Shown one piece after another: positions 1 to 10,540 of a stretch of DNA of 64,000 nt; the stretch's first letter is position 1, and every line of letters begins with the position of its first letter. The notes beneath the pieces were generated by a model that did no database searches, had not been told where the DNA came from, and saw only the letters and a list, made by a program, of their open reading frames with translations. The stretch comes from a virus: IMG/VR virus record IMGVR_UViG_3300044949_001245, positions 1 through 64,000 of that record; one strand, given 5' to 3'. The translations under genes and the position numbers were made by a program.

Positions 1-211
1 GCTCCGAATCAAAAATTGATATCAAATTGTTCTTGGACGAAATATCTCTGATTTTACTCTCTTTGAATTCCATCACTTTCCTAAAGTATGACTTGTCTTT
101 AGCAGCTGGGTAAATTTTGCTCCGCAGTTCAAAGTAAATATACTCACTTTGTAGAACATTAAAATACTCCAAGATGGAAATGTCTCTGTCTTTTTCTCTA
201 ATTGTGTTCAT
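1..211 (-). CDS. Hypothetical protein, truncated at window edge (MNTIREKDRDISILEYFNVLQSEY...)
   Basis: ATG at 211, immediately downstream of the primase stop; frame stays open to the window edge. Translated by hand. Confidence 0.7.
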   Translation of the reverse strand, partial: MNTIREKDRDISILEYFNVLQSEYIYFELRSKIYPAAKDKSYFRKVMEFKESKIRDISSKNNLISIFDSE

Positions 212-212
212 C

Positions 213-1169
213 TTACAAAACCTTTACAACCTTTTTGTTAAATTCAACAGGATTTTTTAGCCTATCGAAAATTTCAAAAACTTCTGGGCGACTGGACTCA
301 TTTACATCCTTGTTGAAAGTGAATCCAATCTTTACGTTAAAATAGCTGTCTAATATGACACTGTACTTCTTCATTTCCTTGATAGCATCATAGTCATAAA
401 TCAAAACAACATTTTTAACACCCTTTGATTGTAGCTTTAATACCTGAAATTTGCTGATTTTCTTTCCAAATGTGGCGACACACTTGACAGAGTCATCAAT
501 ATCAAGTCCTAAATAATTGTCAATTGTAATTTTATCGAACAAACCCTCAACCACTATCACAGTCTGGGTCTTTGAATTTATTTCATCATATCCAAAAAGC
601 AGATGACTGAAGTTCACGTTTTTGGCATTATTGTAACGTAACTTTTTGCTTTCTTTCGGTATTTGTTTTGTGTACCTAGAAATATACCCCTTACACTCAC
701 CCCCCTCTTCAATTAGAAATATAACATAATTTTTCAATGATGGTACCAAGTTGGTATATCCTATTTTGTATTTTTCAAAATTTGAACTCTTTAACTTTCT
801 ACTTTTCAAATAGGCATCTTCAGAAACACGTTTGAACCCGATGGGTGGCTTGTGTAATTTTACCTCTAGCGTATCAATTTTTTCATCATCACTTTCTAGC
901 TGGAATTCATCTAGTGATTTTATTTTACTTCTATCAACACTCTTGTATTCCCCTAGAATGAACAATTTTCCAAGATGGCTTAACAACCGAACTATGTTGC
1001 CCTCTTCACCGCATTTTTTACAGTCCCAAAGTTGAGTGCTTCGACTTATGTAAAAATGTTTATCCTTACCACAGAACGGACAATCACAAACGTAATGATT
1101 TTTGGAACCAAGTTTGGGATTGGTCAGTAAACTTTTTAGCTCAATGTCATCAATTTTACTATTCTTCAT
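213..1169 (-). CDS. DNA primase (zinc-binding domain plus TOPRIM)
   Basis: N-terminal CPFC...CKKC zinc ribbon; TOPRIM motifs VVEGLFD and YDYD; adjacent to DnaB-like helicase. Confidence 0.9.
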   Translation of the reverse strand: MKNSKIDDIELKSLLTNPKLGSKNHYVCDCPFCGKDKHFYISRSTQLWDCKKCGEEGNIVRLLSHLGKLFILGEYKSVDRSKIKSLDEFQLESDDEKIDTLEVKLHKPPIGFKRVSEDAYLKSRKLKSSNFEKYKIGYTNLVPSLKNYVIFLIEEGGECKGYISRYTKQIPKESKKLRYNNAKNVNFSHLLFGYDEINSKTQTVIVVEGLFDKITIDNYLGLDIDDSVKCVATFGKKISKFQVLKLQSKGVKNVVLIYDYDAIKEMKKYSVILDSYFNVKIGFTFNKDVNESSRPEVFEIFDRLKNPVEFNKKVVKVL

Positions 1170-2523
1170 CTTGGTGGTCTATTACAAGCCTGATAGTTTT
1201 TTGTCTATCATAAAATCTTGACCTTGAAAAATTAGTCACTATGGTGATAGTTCTACCACCCTTGTATTCACGCATTTTATCTTCAAAAATCCTTAACAGT
1301 GGAGCATCTTCTCCACGCTCATCTTTATTGTGTTCCTCATCGAATGTCTGGTTGAAGGTGAAGTGGTAGTCAAATGGTCTTATCTTTCCTTTATCCTCAG
1401 ACAAAAACTCCCTAGTCATAACAAAATTTGGGTCTTTTTTAAGGTCACTTGGTAGGTTGGATGCTTGTGTTGCCGTACATACTACAACATTCTGCTCCAT
1501 CGCCAACTCTTTACAAAACCTAGCAATTTTCTGTTGTCTGAACCTCTCTCCATTCACCCCATAATTAGTGTTATCACCGACCTCTAGCAATTCCAAATAA
1601 TCTATCACAACCAAATCAAAATCGCCATAAAGTTTCCTCATATCAATTAAGCTATTCCGAATGTCATGGATTGTGGCGTTGCCGAATTTTTCAAATGCTT
1701 CTACATAAATCTCACCCCTGATTTTATTCAACACCGACTTTATTTTATCAAGTCTGTTTTTCTCTATGGTAGCATTCTTTACATCATGATATAGTGCTCC
1801 TGTCCAAGCTGAGTCCAACCTATCCATCACCTGACGTTCCGTTCCCTCAATCTGAAATAGGGCAACTCTGCCTCCCCTCCTAGCTGTTTGAACGGCATAA
1901 TGAATCAACGCTTGCGACTTACCACGACCTGACTCCGCTGTGAACAATATACATTCGCCTGTCTCTGGCCCACCTTTAGTATGGTTGTCTAGCTCATCTA
2001 TCATGAACGGCACTTTGTGTCGCCTTTTATCTTCAAGAACTCTTTGTGCTTGCCTCTCTGTGAAGTTAGCAAAAACCTTATTGAAAATTTTATCTTTTAT
2101 GCTAAAGTTTGCTAAATCTTCAGCCCCTTTTATGAAAATGGAGAATGCTTCTTTTTGCTCCCCTCTGTTATATTTCTCACCAGCATTTTCAAAAAGCTCA
2201 ACAAACTTACTTTCTTTTATGAAATTTTGAAATGATTGTATTACAGCATCGGCATCAGCATCGGCTTGTTTAATCTCTGATATGAACTCCTTTACCCTCT
2301 CATCTTTCCTAAATTCTACTTGTACCAACCCCAGTGTCGGCACTTTTTCGTTATTGATATGTAATTCAATACATTTCTTCCAAAATTTCTTTTCGTGCTC
2401 ATGTACCAAATATGAATACTTCAAGTGCTGTCTCAGCAACTCAAATATGTTATTATCATTGAAGGCACAATTAAATAACTCCAGCACAAACTCCGATGAT
2501 AGTTCCTCTTTTTTACTACTCAT
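1159..2523 (-). CDS. Replicative DnaB-like (SF4) helicase
   Basis: Walker A AESGRGKS, FQIEG, LVVIDYLELL, TATQA motifs. Confidence 0.92.
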   Translation of the reverse strand: MSSKKEELSSEFVLELFNCAFNDNNIFELLRQHLKYSYLVHEHEKKFWKKCIELHINNEKVPTLGLVQVEFRKDERVKEFISEIKQADADADAVIQSFQNFIKESKFVELFENAGEKYNRGEQKEAFSIFIKGAEDLANFSIKDKIFNKVFANFTERQAQRVLEDKRRHKVPFMIDELDNHTKGGPETGECILFTAESGRGKSQALIHYAVQTARRGGRVALFQIEGTERQVMDRLDSAWTGALYHDVKNATIEKNRLDKIKSVLNKIRGEIYVEAFEKFGNATIHDIRNSLIDMRKLYGDFDLVVIDYLELLEVGDNTNYGVNGERFRQQKIARFCKELAMEQNVVVCTATQASNLPSDLKKDPNFVMTREFLSEDKGKIRPFDYHFTFNQTFDEEHNKDERGEDAPLLRIFEDKMREYKGGRTITIVTNFSRSRFYDRQKTIRLVIDHQDEE

Positions 2524-3127
2524 TTTTATATCCTCTTAATTTAGAAACGATGGGATATTGCTCTTTCAATTGCTCCTTACACTTGTCTTTATACTTACAC
2601 TCCATACAAAATTTCGACTTGTGATGATAAAGTGTAGTGTTCAGTGTACAATTAACAAATCCTTTCGCTGTGTTAAAAAACATTTCCTTTTCAAACTCTT
2701 CAACTTCACGAACCTCCAACATGGTCTTTGACCACCCCTCATTACGAACTCCATCCAGCTTAAAAACAACCTTTTTCTTCAAATTTTTACGCACAATGAT
2801 ATCGGTTGCCCTCTTGTACTTTTCTGACCTATCGAACCAACGCTTCAAGGCTTTCTTTCCAATTATCCACTCCAACTGTATGCTAGTTCCCTTGCCAAAT
2901 TTACCCTCGTGTTGGAACCAGTGATTAAATTGGAACTCCATAAAACTCTTCAAATAGTCCTCTCCAAGTATGGGTGAGTTGGTCATTTTCTTCATATAAT
3001 CAATGAAATTCAAAGTCATAGTCAATCTAGTTGTAGTCATGTTAAGTCTGAACGACTCATCGCCAGTAACCGCTTTGTAATGGTACTTGAATTTATCAAC
3101 TACAAGTTTGACCTCTTTATTTTTCAT
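2516..3127 (-). CDS. Hypothetical replication-module protein with C-terminal Cys/His cluster
   Basis: 203 aa ORF overlapping both helicase genes; C...HH...CxxC...C cluster. Confidence 0.7.
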   Translation of the reverse strand: MKNKEVKLVVDKFKYHYKAVTGDESFRLNMTTTRLTMTLNFIDYMKKMTNSPILGEDYLKSFMEFQFNHWFQHEGKFGKGTSIQLEWIIGKKALKRWFDRSEKYKRATDIIVRKNLKKKVVFKLDGVRNEGWSKTMLEVREVEEFEKEMFFNTAKGFVNCTLNTTLYHHKSKFCMECKYKDKCKEQLKEQYPIVSKLRGYKNE

Positions 3128-4610
3128 CGAACCATGATTTTATACTTTCTTCAATTTCTCGCATATCCTCATCCTCATAACACTCTATTCTGGAATTGCC
3201 GATGGTTTCCGAATAAACGTCCAATCTATTCAAACTATGTTCCGAAAAGTATTCACTTTCAACATCCATTATATCAATTATCACCGCCCTGTCTTTATTC
3301 TCAACCGCCCCTAGAACACGACCAGTTTTTTGAACTATGCTTGTTCCCTCTAGTCCTCCATCCGCTATTATCAGAACCTCTACTTCAGGCAATGTTATTC
3401 CTTTTTTGAATATGTTACTGGCCAATAGTATCTTGCCCCGACCTCTCAAAAATTTCTCTTTCTCTTCAACCCTCGTTTTTGAATCATCATCGCCACTTAT
3501 GAAAGGCTTTCCACTTGAGTCTGATATCAGATAGCCATGTTGTTTTGAGTTGAATAGTACAAGTGTCTTCCACTTATTCCTATCACACATGTTTATCAAA
3601 TCCAAAATAATTCTGTTCCTGTCTCTGTTCTCATGAATCAGCTTTTTAAGAAATTTGTGGTATTTTTCAGTTCCGACTAAATTCATAAACTGCTTGACTT
3701 TTTTACTATCATGAGTATGGCTTATCAGTATTGCCTTATCCAAGGCTAAATACCCCTCATCTTGTAGTCTGGATTTGGAAACATCATAAACTATGCCGCC
3801 AAAATATCCTTTCATTTTTAGATTGGAAATCAAGTTCCCCATCTGCTTGAATGGAGTGGCGGACAAACCTAGTAAAAAGTCAACGTTTGAACACTTCCTT
3901 ATGAGTTTCATTCTATTGTCGCCCAAGTATTCCTGAACCTCATCCACAATCAGAAAATTAACTTGTTTGAAATACCTCTCTAAATCCCTTGCTTCAGGCT
4001 TTTTTCTGTTGAAGACAGATGTGACTGTCTGAATCATAGCCACTGTTACTTGTTTGGGCTTTATTCCGTATGAATTTATGGTTCCAATTTCATTCTCAGG
4101 AACATTTAAGTATTTGGAAAGTTCCTCTATGGTTTGGTCAAATAAATCCGTTGTATCAACAAAAAACAATATCAAGCTATTCTCTACTTGCTCAATGACG
4201 TGTCTGATAATCTCTCCAGAAATAAATGTTTTGCCGCCACGTGTGGGGACAACCATCAGTCCGTAATTCTTTTCAAAAAAGGCAGACACCCCCTCACGCT
4301 GGTGTGGTCGCAACCGACTATCAAAAGACAAATCTGCTATCTTTACTTTTCTGTAATCTCTTTCAACTATTTGGACTGATATGTCCTCCTTATTCATATG
4401 GTAAACCGCCTCATCAATCAGTCCTATATCAAACCTGTTACTTGCGTCAAAAAGTCTGACGTGTCCATCCCAAATTCCTTTCTTGTACTTATCCGAAAAT
4501 TGTGCGCCATCCACCCAAATAGAAAAACAGTCCTTGAACTTGGAAATTTCTTTTGGTATATCAGAGTGGAACTGATACTGCTTTGCGGACACCCTTTTGA
4601 ACTCAATCAT
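3117..4610 (-). CDS. SF2 DEAD/DEAH-box helicase (UvsW-like)
   Basis: LRPHQ Q-motif, PTRGGKT, VDEVQ, GLSATP, QKTGRVL. Confidence 0.92.
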   Translation of the reverse strand: MIEFKRVSAKQYQFHSDIPKEISKFKDCFSIWVDGAQFSDKYKKGIWDGHVRLFDASNRFDIGLIDEAVYHMNKEDISVQIVERDYRKVKIADLSFDSRLRPHQREGVSAFFEKNYGLMVVPTRGGKTFISGEIIRHVIEQVENSLILFFVDTTDLFDQTIEELSKYLNVPENEIGTINSYGIKPKQVTVAMIQTVTSVFNRKKPEARDLERYFKQVNFLIVDEVQEYLGDNRMKLIRKCSNVDFLLGLSATPFKQMGNLISNLKMKGYFGGIVYDVSKSRLQDEGYLALDKAILISHTHDSKKVKQFMNLVGTEKYHKFLKKLIHENRDRNRIILDLINMCDRNKWKTLVLFNSKQHGYLISDSSGKPFISGDDDSKTRVEEKEKFLRGRGKILLASNIFKKGITLPEVEVLIIADGGLEGTSIVQKTGRVLGAVENKDRAVIIDIMDVESEYFSEHSLNRLDVYSETIGNSRIECYEDEDMREIEESIKSWFDEK

Positions 4611-4652
4611 GCTTTACAAATTAAAAAATTTTTACTCAGAAGCAAAGGTCTC

Positions 4653-4919
4653 AAAATCAAACCCCCTTTCCCCCTAGATGTTTTTACTCATCGCATTAGG
4701 CTGATAGTGCTCACAACCCCCTGAAAAGAACCACTACCATTTATCTCGTTTTTAGGTAACTTTGCTAGTCCACCCATCAACCTACTTATATTTGATTTTT
4801 AGTTTATATTCCTGTCTTGGAGTAAATGTGGTCTAGTTTAATGAGGTGTGCTCAGACTGGACTACCCCACACTCACCCCTACTTCGTCAACCTGCAGCCT
4901 TGTCTCCACTGGATATAAA
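4653..4919 (-). ncRNA. Putative structured non-coding element (RNA or ssDNA) upstream of the replication operon
   Basis: Nested inverted repeats 4803-4815/4908-4919, 4819-4837/4861-4879, 4697-4707/4774-4784 and 4653-4661/4791-4799. Most mismatches become G-U pairs only on the minus strand. No ORF. Confidence 0.5.
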
Positions 4920-4920
4920 T

Positions 4921-4945
4921 AAAAATGCCCCACTATTGCGGGGCA
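4921..4945 (-). terminator. Rho-independent terminator ending the tail operon
   Basis: Minus strand UGCCCCGC-AAUA-GUGGGGCA-UUUUU, about 30 nt after the stop at 4975. Confidence 0.85.
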
Positions 4946-4974
4946 ATTATTAAATAATGGGCTAAATAAATAAA

Positions 4975-5832
4975 TTAAGTAAATGTAAATATGACCTCAA
5001 GACACTCTTCATTGTCTCCATGCTCATCCATTGTGTTCTCATGAAACTCCGTTCCGAACTCCTCATCAAATTTTTTTTCAATTTCAAAACAACCTTTTTC
5101 TTTTGATGACTTCACTTTTCTAGTACACCATAAACCGATGGACTCACCAGGTTTCATTTGTTCAATTAGCAAAACTCCTTCATCTAAAAATCCTGATAAA
5201 TTCACTGGTTGTGATGTAGCTGTTCCAGGTGTTAATATAGAAATTGGGTCACCAGTTGATATCAAAGCCTTTCGCTGAAAGTAAACTTCCGTGTCTGACT
5301 TAAATTCGACATTGAAGTCAGCATTGTTTTCAAAAGCATCAACTAACCCAGAGACAACGTCAATTATTTCATCGCCACCCAAAGTGAAAGTAACTCCTAA
5401 AACACTCAAAACATCGCCAGCAACACCTGGTGTGAGTATTTTTAGGATACCATCCTCTCTCCTGCAATTAGGTTGGAAGAATTCAGCGTTGTACGGCATT
5501 TCATATACATTACCTATTCTTTCAATCAATATATTATCAATTGGTTCAACAGCAGCCCAAGAAAATTCAGCTTGGGCGACATCTTGTCCGAATTTCGTTT
5601 GATGTACCTGTTGTAGAATTACGTTGTTAACAGTGTTGCTTGAGTTATTTCTTAAAAAGAATGCTAGTGTAGTGTCTATTTGTTTATGCTGCTCATAGCA
5701 TCCGATGTCGTCAAACAAGACATTTAGCCTACCATTCGGAACAGGTGTGATTGAAATATAGCCACCAGTTGAGGCAGATACATCACGTTGTTCAGCGTTG
5801 GCGTGTTTGGCTCCTGATAATAAAAGTTCCAT
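4975..5832 (-). CDS. Putative tail/baseplate structural protein
   Basis: 285 aa; last gene of the tail module; beta-rich composition. Confidence 0.6.
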   Translation of the reverse strand: MELLLSGAKHANAEQRDVSASTGGYISITPVPNGRLNVLFDDIGCYEQHKQIDTTLAFFLRNNSSNTVNNVILQQVHQTKFGQDVAQAEFSWAAVEPIDNILIERIGNVYEMPYNAEFFQPNCRREDGILKILTPGVAGDVLSVLGVTFTLGGDEIIDVVSGLVDAFENNADFNVEFKSDTEVYFQRKALISTGDPISILTPGTATSQPVNLSGFLDEGVLLIEQMKPGESIGLWCTRKVKSSKEKGCFEIEKKFDEEFGTEFHENTMDEHGDNEECLEVIFTFT

Positions 5833-5837
5833 CTAAA

Positions 5838-6314
5838 TTATTCTTTTGTTGCTACAATAATGACCAATGTTGCCTTGCTATTGATTGGGACTTGTACGTT
5901 TGATATTCTGATGTCATTCAGCAAATTTTTTACGTTCCCTAGTGAGAAATCACAAGTGGTCGCTAAAACTACATCAACGTCATCTAGTATAACGTCAAAT
6001 CTTATCGGCAATCGGTATGGTTTGGTTGTGGTTGACTCATAACAAAAAACATGAAGACTCACTACATCACCAACCCCTCTTAAAATATCCTGTTGGATAT
6101 TTACATCAAAGTTGTTTCCGTGTTTTAATTCCCATGAGTATTTGTTAGCATTACTTAATTTGAAATCTTTTGTAACTCCGCCATCTTCATTAGGCACAAG
6201 CTCAGCTGAATCACCATCATATGTCCAATCAACACTTCCGCTATTGCCCACTCCAAATGAGGACATACCTGGGTCATCTTGGAACGCTATTTTATTTGTA
6301 ATTTTGATAATCAT
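5838..6314 (-). CDS. Hypothetical tail-module protein
   Basis: ATG at 6314 directly after the fibre stop (the track extends the ORF to 6332). Confidence 0.6.
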   Translation of the reverse strand: MIIKITNKIAFQDDPGMSSFGVGNSGSVDWTYDGDSAELVPNEDGGVTKDFKLSNANKYSWELKHGNNFDVNIQQDILRGVGDVVSLHVFCYESTTTKPYRLPIRFDVILDDVDVVLATTCDFSLGNVKNLLNDIRISNVQVPINSKATLVIIVATKE

Positions 6315-6315
6315 C

Positions 6316-8796
6316 TTACACAAATTTTTCAATGAATATAAATCTTGCCCACTGTGGTCTTATGTCTATTGGAGTTGGAGTTGTAGAACCTCCAGCTGTT
6401 CCTGTTGTGCCACTAAAGGTATGAGAATGCGTATGGTCATCAGTGTTGTTACCACCGCCTAGTGGTGAACCTAAATTTCTTGTGCCCCCTCTACCATATT
6501 CCGCATCCCTATATGATGCGACTGACGTACCGCTGTCTCTCAAGTAAACTCTATGTCCGTGTGTTATTGAATTTGTAGTCCCACTGAACGTATGACTGTG
6601 TGCCGGCAACATGGCTGTCGTGATAGTAACTGAATTTGAACCTCCTGTAGTTCCAGGTGTTCCTGTTACAGTTCCCATCGGAAATCTATCAGTCATATTC
6701 AAAAATCCATCTACGCCATTAAGAACGTGCCAACCCCAAAAACCTTTTTTATTTCCACTTCCTTGTGGGTCAAATGCTGTACTTATATTAAGTGCTTTTG
6801 AACCCAACATACGCACAGTTCCTTTTGGAGTCAAGTCAGTATCAAATCTGGCTATCCAATTTCCTGTATCGTCAAAAGTACAAACGATGAATAGTCCTAA
6901 TCGGTGAGATTGAGTCACATCATCCGATGTGTTATTTCTTGCGTAATAAAGGTCATTCAGTGAAAAATCGTGAATCAATGTAAAGCTAGTTGGATTCACA
7001 TAATCTTGAACCAATCTTAATTTGAAAGTGGATAACGTAATCCATTGGTCAATATGAAGCCAAAACGTGTTCCCCTCTCTAGCACCAGTGGTCTTCAAGT
7101 TGATGAACATATCGGCAGTCATAGTAAGTCCTCCAATGAAGTGTTGATACTTTTTGTCAACACCGACCTCTAGGTTGAGAACTGGCGTTGATGGTGCCAA
7201 GGAAAGTGTGCGCACTCCGAATAAATCACCTGTTATGACATCATCTTGGAAGTTCTGAAATGAGTCTGGTGCTTCACAAACTTTGATAAATCCAAGATTG
7301 GAACTACCTATGTATGGAACTTGAGTTCTATCAATCGGCAATTTTAGGTTTCCATAATCATCGTATGAGTCTTCATCGTAATGACCTATTGGGTCATTCG
7401 GAAATACTAACCAATCAGTGTATGCTTCAAATACGATGTATCGGTACATCAAGTTGTATTTGTAGCATCCATCTAATGCCGGCAACTCAATTCTTGATAG
7501 CTGCGTGTTAATTGGAAATTCAAACGTGTGCTCTAAATTTGGCCAAGGAAACACTTCAGTGGTATTTGTATCTTGGTCTTGGTCATTTGTATCTAAAATT
7601 GCCCCATCACGTCTGGCTCTTATTTCAATTCTTTCATATGGTGGTGCTATAAATAACTCATCGGACAATCCGTAATCATCAGGGTCAAGAACATCTAGTG
7701 TCAGCACTATTTGAGTTCCTGTCTTGATACTTTCTGTAATTGTTCTCCAACTTCCATTTTTAGCATAAAGCCTCCAATTGTCGAAATCTCCTGAATTGAA
7801 GAATGATGTGTCTTTGAATGTACCCCCTAGTCCAATCAAAACAGACACTTTTTTTAGGCTTGGGTCAATAGTATAAACACTAAAACGCATACCCCAAGCC
7901 AGCAGAGCAATATTTTTTGCTCTTGGCTCATTGGGCTGTTGGTACTGAACTCCCTCTACACCTATCAGCTTGTTCACCAAACTCCTATCTACAAAATCAG
8001 TCCACCATTCGCCCCATGGTCTCCACCAATCATTTCTTTTATCTTCAACCAATATTGTAGTTCCATTGCTTTTTATCCTAGCAAGATAAAATTCTTCATT
8101 AGCAAGATAGCTTGGTTTAGTGTTCAAAGTGGTTTCAAGTACCAATTCATATTCAAAGTTGTCATATTGAAAGATGAGTTGGTCTGATACAGGCACTGGA
8201 TATCCTGGCGTGAAAGTCCCCACAACCGCAAATTGTAGATTGCTCTCAGCTGTAAATGAACCTTGTAATATACATGAAGTGTTGTTATTAACCGCCACGA
8301 CTTCATAATCAAGCGCATTGCCTGCCGTGGAGTTCAAAAAACGTATCTTGGAAGGGAAATTTGGTTGTCCACGTAAAATTTTTGTGAACTCCGTTCCAGT
8401 TCCGATGACATTACCTAGTGAATCAATTGAAACTGTTCCTAGTTCCCGAACACTGTATTTGTGTTTAACACGTAACCAATACCAAAGTGAATCAGCTGGT
8501 ATCATTACATCTACTGGGACTTCATTGACTACATAACGACCTCTGATATCAATTATCATCCCTGGATTGATTATCACTTTGTCGTAACAAGCAACTCCAA
8601 ATTTTGAAACATAAAATGCGTCTTTGGTTAGGATTGAACCTGTCTCAGGCAAATCTAAATCCTTTACAATACCATATGTTTTACTATTTGCCAGAACGTG
8701 TCTTCTGTACCCCCATTCGTCCAAAAACTGGTCATTTCGGTTGAGTTCAGCCACCTCCAAAAACAAATTTGAGTTTATCTTCAAATATCCACTCAT
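6316..8796 (-). CDS. Baseplate-attached tail fibre protein
   Basis: C-terminal collar-like segment (NMTDRFPMG...GGSNSVTITTAMLPAHSH) and repeated HSHTFSGTT HxH motifs typical of trimeric T4 gp12/gp37-type tips. Confidence 0.75.
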   Translation of the reverse strand: MSGYLKINSNLFLEVAELNRNDQFLDEWGYRRHVLANSKTYGIVKDLDLPETGSILTKDAFYVSKFGVACYDKVIINPGMIIDIRGRYVVNEVPVDVMIPADSLWYWLRVKHKYSVRELGTVSIDSLGNVIGTGTEFTKILRGQPNFPSKIRFLNSTAGNALDYEVVAVNNNTSCILQGSFTAESNLQFAVVGTFTPGYPVPVSDQLIFQYDNFEYELVLETTLNTKPSYLANEEFYLARIKSNGTTILVEDKRNDWWRPWGEWWTDFVDRSLVNKLIGVEGVQYQQPNEPRAKNIALLAWGMRFSVYTIDPSLKKVSVLIGLGGTFKDTSFFNSGDFDNWRLYAKNGSWRTITESIKTGTQIVLTLDVLDPDDYGLSDELFIAPPYERIEIRARRDGAILDTNDQDQDTNTTEVFPWPNLEHTFEFPINTQLSRIELPALDGCYKYNLMYRYIVFEAYTDWLVFPNDPIGHYDEDSYDDYGNLKLPIDRTQVPYIGSSNLGFIKVCEAPDSFQNFQDDVITGDLFGVRTLSLAPSTPVLNLEVGVDKKYQHFIGGLTMTADMFINLKTTGAREGNTFWLHIDQWITLSTFKLRLVQDYVNPTSFTLIHDFSLNDLYYARNNTSDDVTQSHRLGLFIVCTFDDTGNWIARFDTDLTPKGTVRMLGSKALNISTAFDPQGSGNKKGFWGWHVLNGVDGFLNMTDRFPMGTVTGTPGTTGGSNSVTITTAMLPAHSHTFSGTTNSITHGHRVYLRDSGTSVASYRDAEYGRGGTRNLGSPLGGGNNTDDHTHSHTFSGTTGTAGGSTTPTPIDIRPQWARFIFIEKFV

Positions 8797-8815
8797 GTCT
8801 TTACAATTTTTACTT

Positions 8816-10540
8816 TTATTGAACTAATAGCTGTATATCACTAACATTCTTTGTCAAATAGATTGGAATGAGCTTTTGTTCATACGGCAGTAAGTTCTCT
8901 TGAATTTTGTTTGTTATGTCATTATCACTATAATGGTCATTATTGTTCTTTAACCAATTCATTACCATCACATCACCTTGTACGAATTGTGGATTGACTA
9001 CGAATGGTCTGCGGTTGCGAAATGATAATATGTGTTTGCCTTTGATAAGTGGGCGCATTTTGAAATCATGTATTCTAATCTCCTCACCAGGTGATGCGCC
9101 CCTGAACTGGATGAAAGGCTTCACTAGTTCTATATTCTCAGTTGTGCTAAATTTCAAATTGTTTCCAATAACATTAGTCTTGTGAAATGGTGGTGATACA
9201 CTTGGAGAACCTGCTGAATAGATTATGCCCCTTATACTGTACCATTGACCTTGTATTCTGGTTGTATCATCAAAGCTATCCACAAAAAATCTATCTGAGA
9301 TGACTCCATTATCTATTCGTTGGAACGCTAGTGGTCTATATGCTCCATTTCGGTTGTATCCATGTACCCCGAAATAAAGTGTGCTCATACTCCCCAACTC
9401 TCTTTTTACTTTGAATGTGATTTCATAATCAATCTCTTTATCCACAATTATCAAATCCTCCCAATCAACAAGTGGTGGCGGTGAGTTCCATGGATATCCA
9501 AGTCCATACGTTCCAACTCCATCACTTCCAATAGACATACAATTCCATCCATTTGGGTCAGTGACTATGTTTACATAACTTCCCAATCCTTGTATTTCAT
9601 ACTTGGTTAAATCAACAAAATCATCAGTATTTTCCTCAGTCTTATTTATTTGCTTTGATTTGTAGTTTCCGTTGTATATCGGTGAAGAATGTCCTACGCA
9701 CCATCCATGTTTCTCTTTTTGAACGACATCTACTAAAAATTCATCATACCTATTTCGACACAAAATACGCAACCACTCGCCATCCATCGGCATAACGTAC
9801 CCGTCAAGCATAGTTGTGCCTAATTTTTGGTAAGTCATTTTTGTACCACGTCTGCGAATTTCATCATAAAAGTTCTTTGCTATCTCTTGAAGCTCAGTCA
9901 TCAAGACAGTGTCTTTACAAAACATCGCCCCTCTTTGCTCTAAATCCATTATCAAATACTTTCTTTTGTAAAGTATCTGGTCGAACTCGTTAGCAAAAGC
10001 AGACACAAAAGCCAAGAAACAAGAAACGGCATTCCAAAAACTCACGAAATCAGTATCATTAATTCCTGGCCCACGCTTGATAAATTCAGGCAAAATGCCT
10101 AGATTGTAGATTTTCTTTAGTAAGTTGTTACAGATGGAGGCAGTCAACATATCATTACAAGCCAAGTCTGCGAATATGCTGTCTAAAGTTGTCGTGTTGT
10201 TACAAATTTGGATTATTATGTTTCCGTTCAAAGTAATTCCTCCAAACTCCAACAGACCTGTATTGTCCGTTCCTGCTCTTTCGTATCTAAACTCCAAAAA
10301 CAATAAAGTGGTAACTGTTCCTGTAATGTTAGCCAAATTAGCATTAGTCAGAGCATCCCAGTTGGAGTAATTAACCCCATCCAGAGAATATCTAAATGTC
10401 CTAATGAAATACCTAGTTGGTGTTTCTCCAACTGTTACATCAGTGTATCCTGTTATGTTTACATTGCCGGCAAGTGCGCCTTGTGAGTACACAAAAAGAA
10501 CATCGCCAATCGCTGATAAAGTGTTACCTATTACTGCCAT
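8816..10540 (-). CDS. Baseplate wedge/structural protein
   Basis: 574 aa between baseplate J and the fibre gene; call from synteny. Confidence 0.6.
   Translation of the reverse strand: MAVIGNTLSAIGDVLFVYSQGALAGNVNITGYTDVTVGETPTRYFIRTFRYSLDGVNYSNWDALTNANLANITGTVTTLLFLEFRYERAGTDNTGLLEFGGITLNGNIIIQICNNTTTLDSIFADLACNDMLTASICNNLLKKIYNLGILPEFIKRGPGINDTDFVSFWNAVSCFLAFVSAFANEFDQILYKRKYLIMDLEQRGAMFCKDTVLMTELQEIAKNFYDEIRRRGTKMTYQKLGTTMLDGYVMPMDGEWLRILCRNRYDEFLVDVVQKEKHGWCVGHSSPIYNGNYKSKQINKTEENTDDFVDLTKYEIQGLGSYVNIVTDPNGWNCMSIGSDGVGTYGLGYPWNSPPPLVDWEDLIIVDKEIDYEITFKVKRELGSMSTLYFGVHGYNRNGAYRPLAFQRIDNGVISDRFFVDSFDDTTRIQGQWYSIRGIIYSAGSPSVSPPFHKTNVIGNNLKFSTTENIELVKPFIQFRGASPGEEIRIHDFKMRPLIKGKHILSFRNRRPFVVNPQFVQGDVMVMNWLKNNNDHYSDNDITNKIQENLLPYEQKLIPIYLTKNVSDIQLLVQ
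8825..8837 (-). promoter_or_regulatory. Candidate late promoter motif (ACAGCTATTA)
   Basis: Plus strand TAATAGCTGTATA, 29 nt upstream of the fibre ATG. Confidence 0.5.

Noticed and set aside
6415-6605. Duplicated HSHTFSGTT in the fibre tip as a diversity-generating repeat
   Set aside because: The copies differ at synonymous positions, and this is the ordinary HxH metal-binding repeat of fibre tips.
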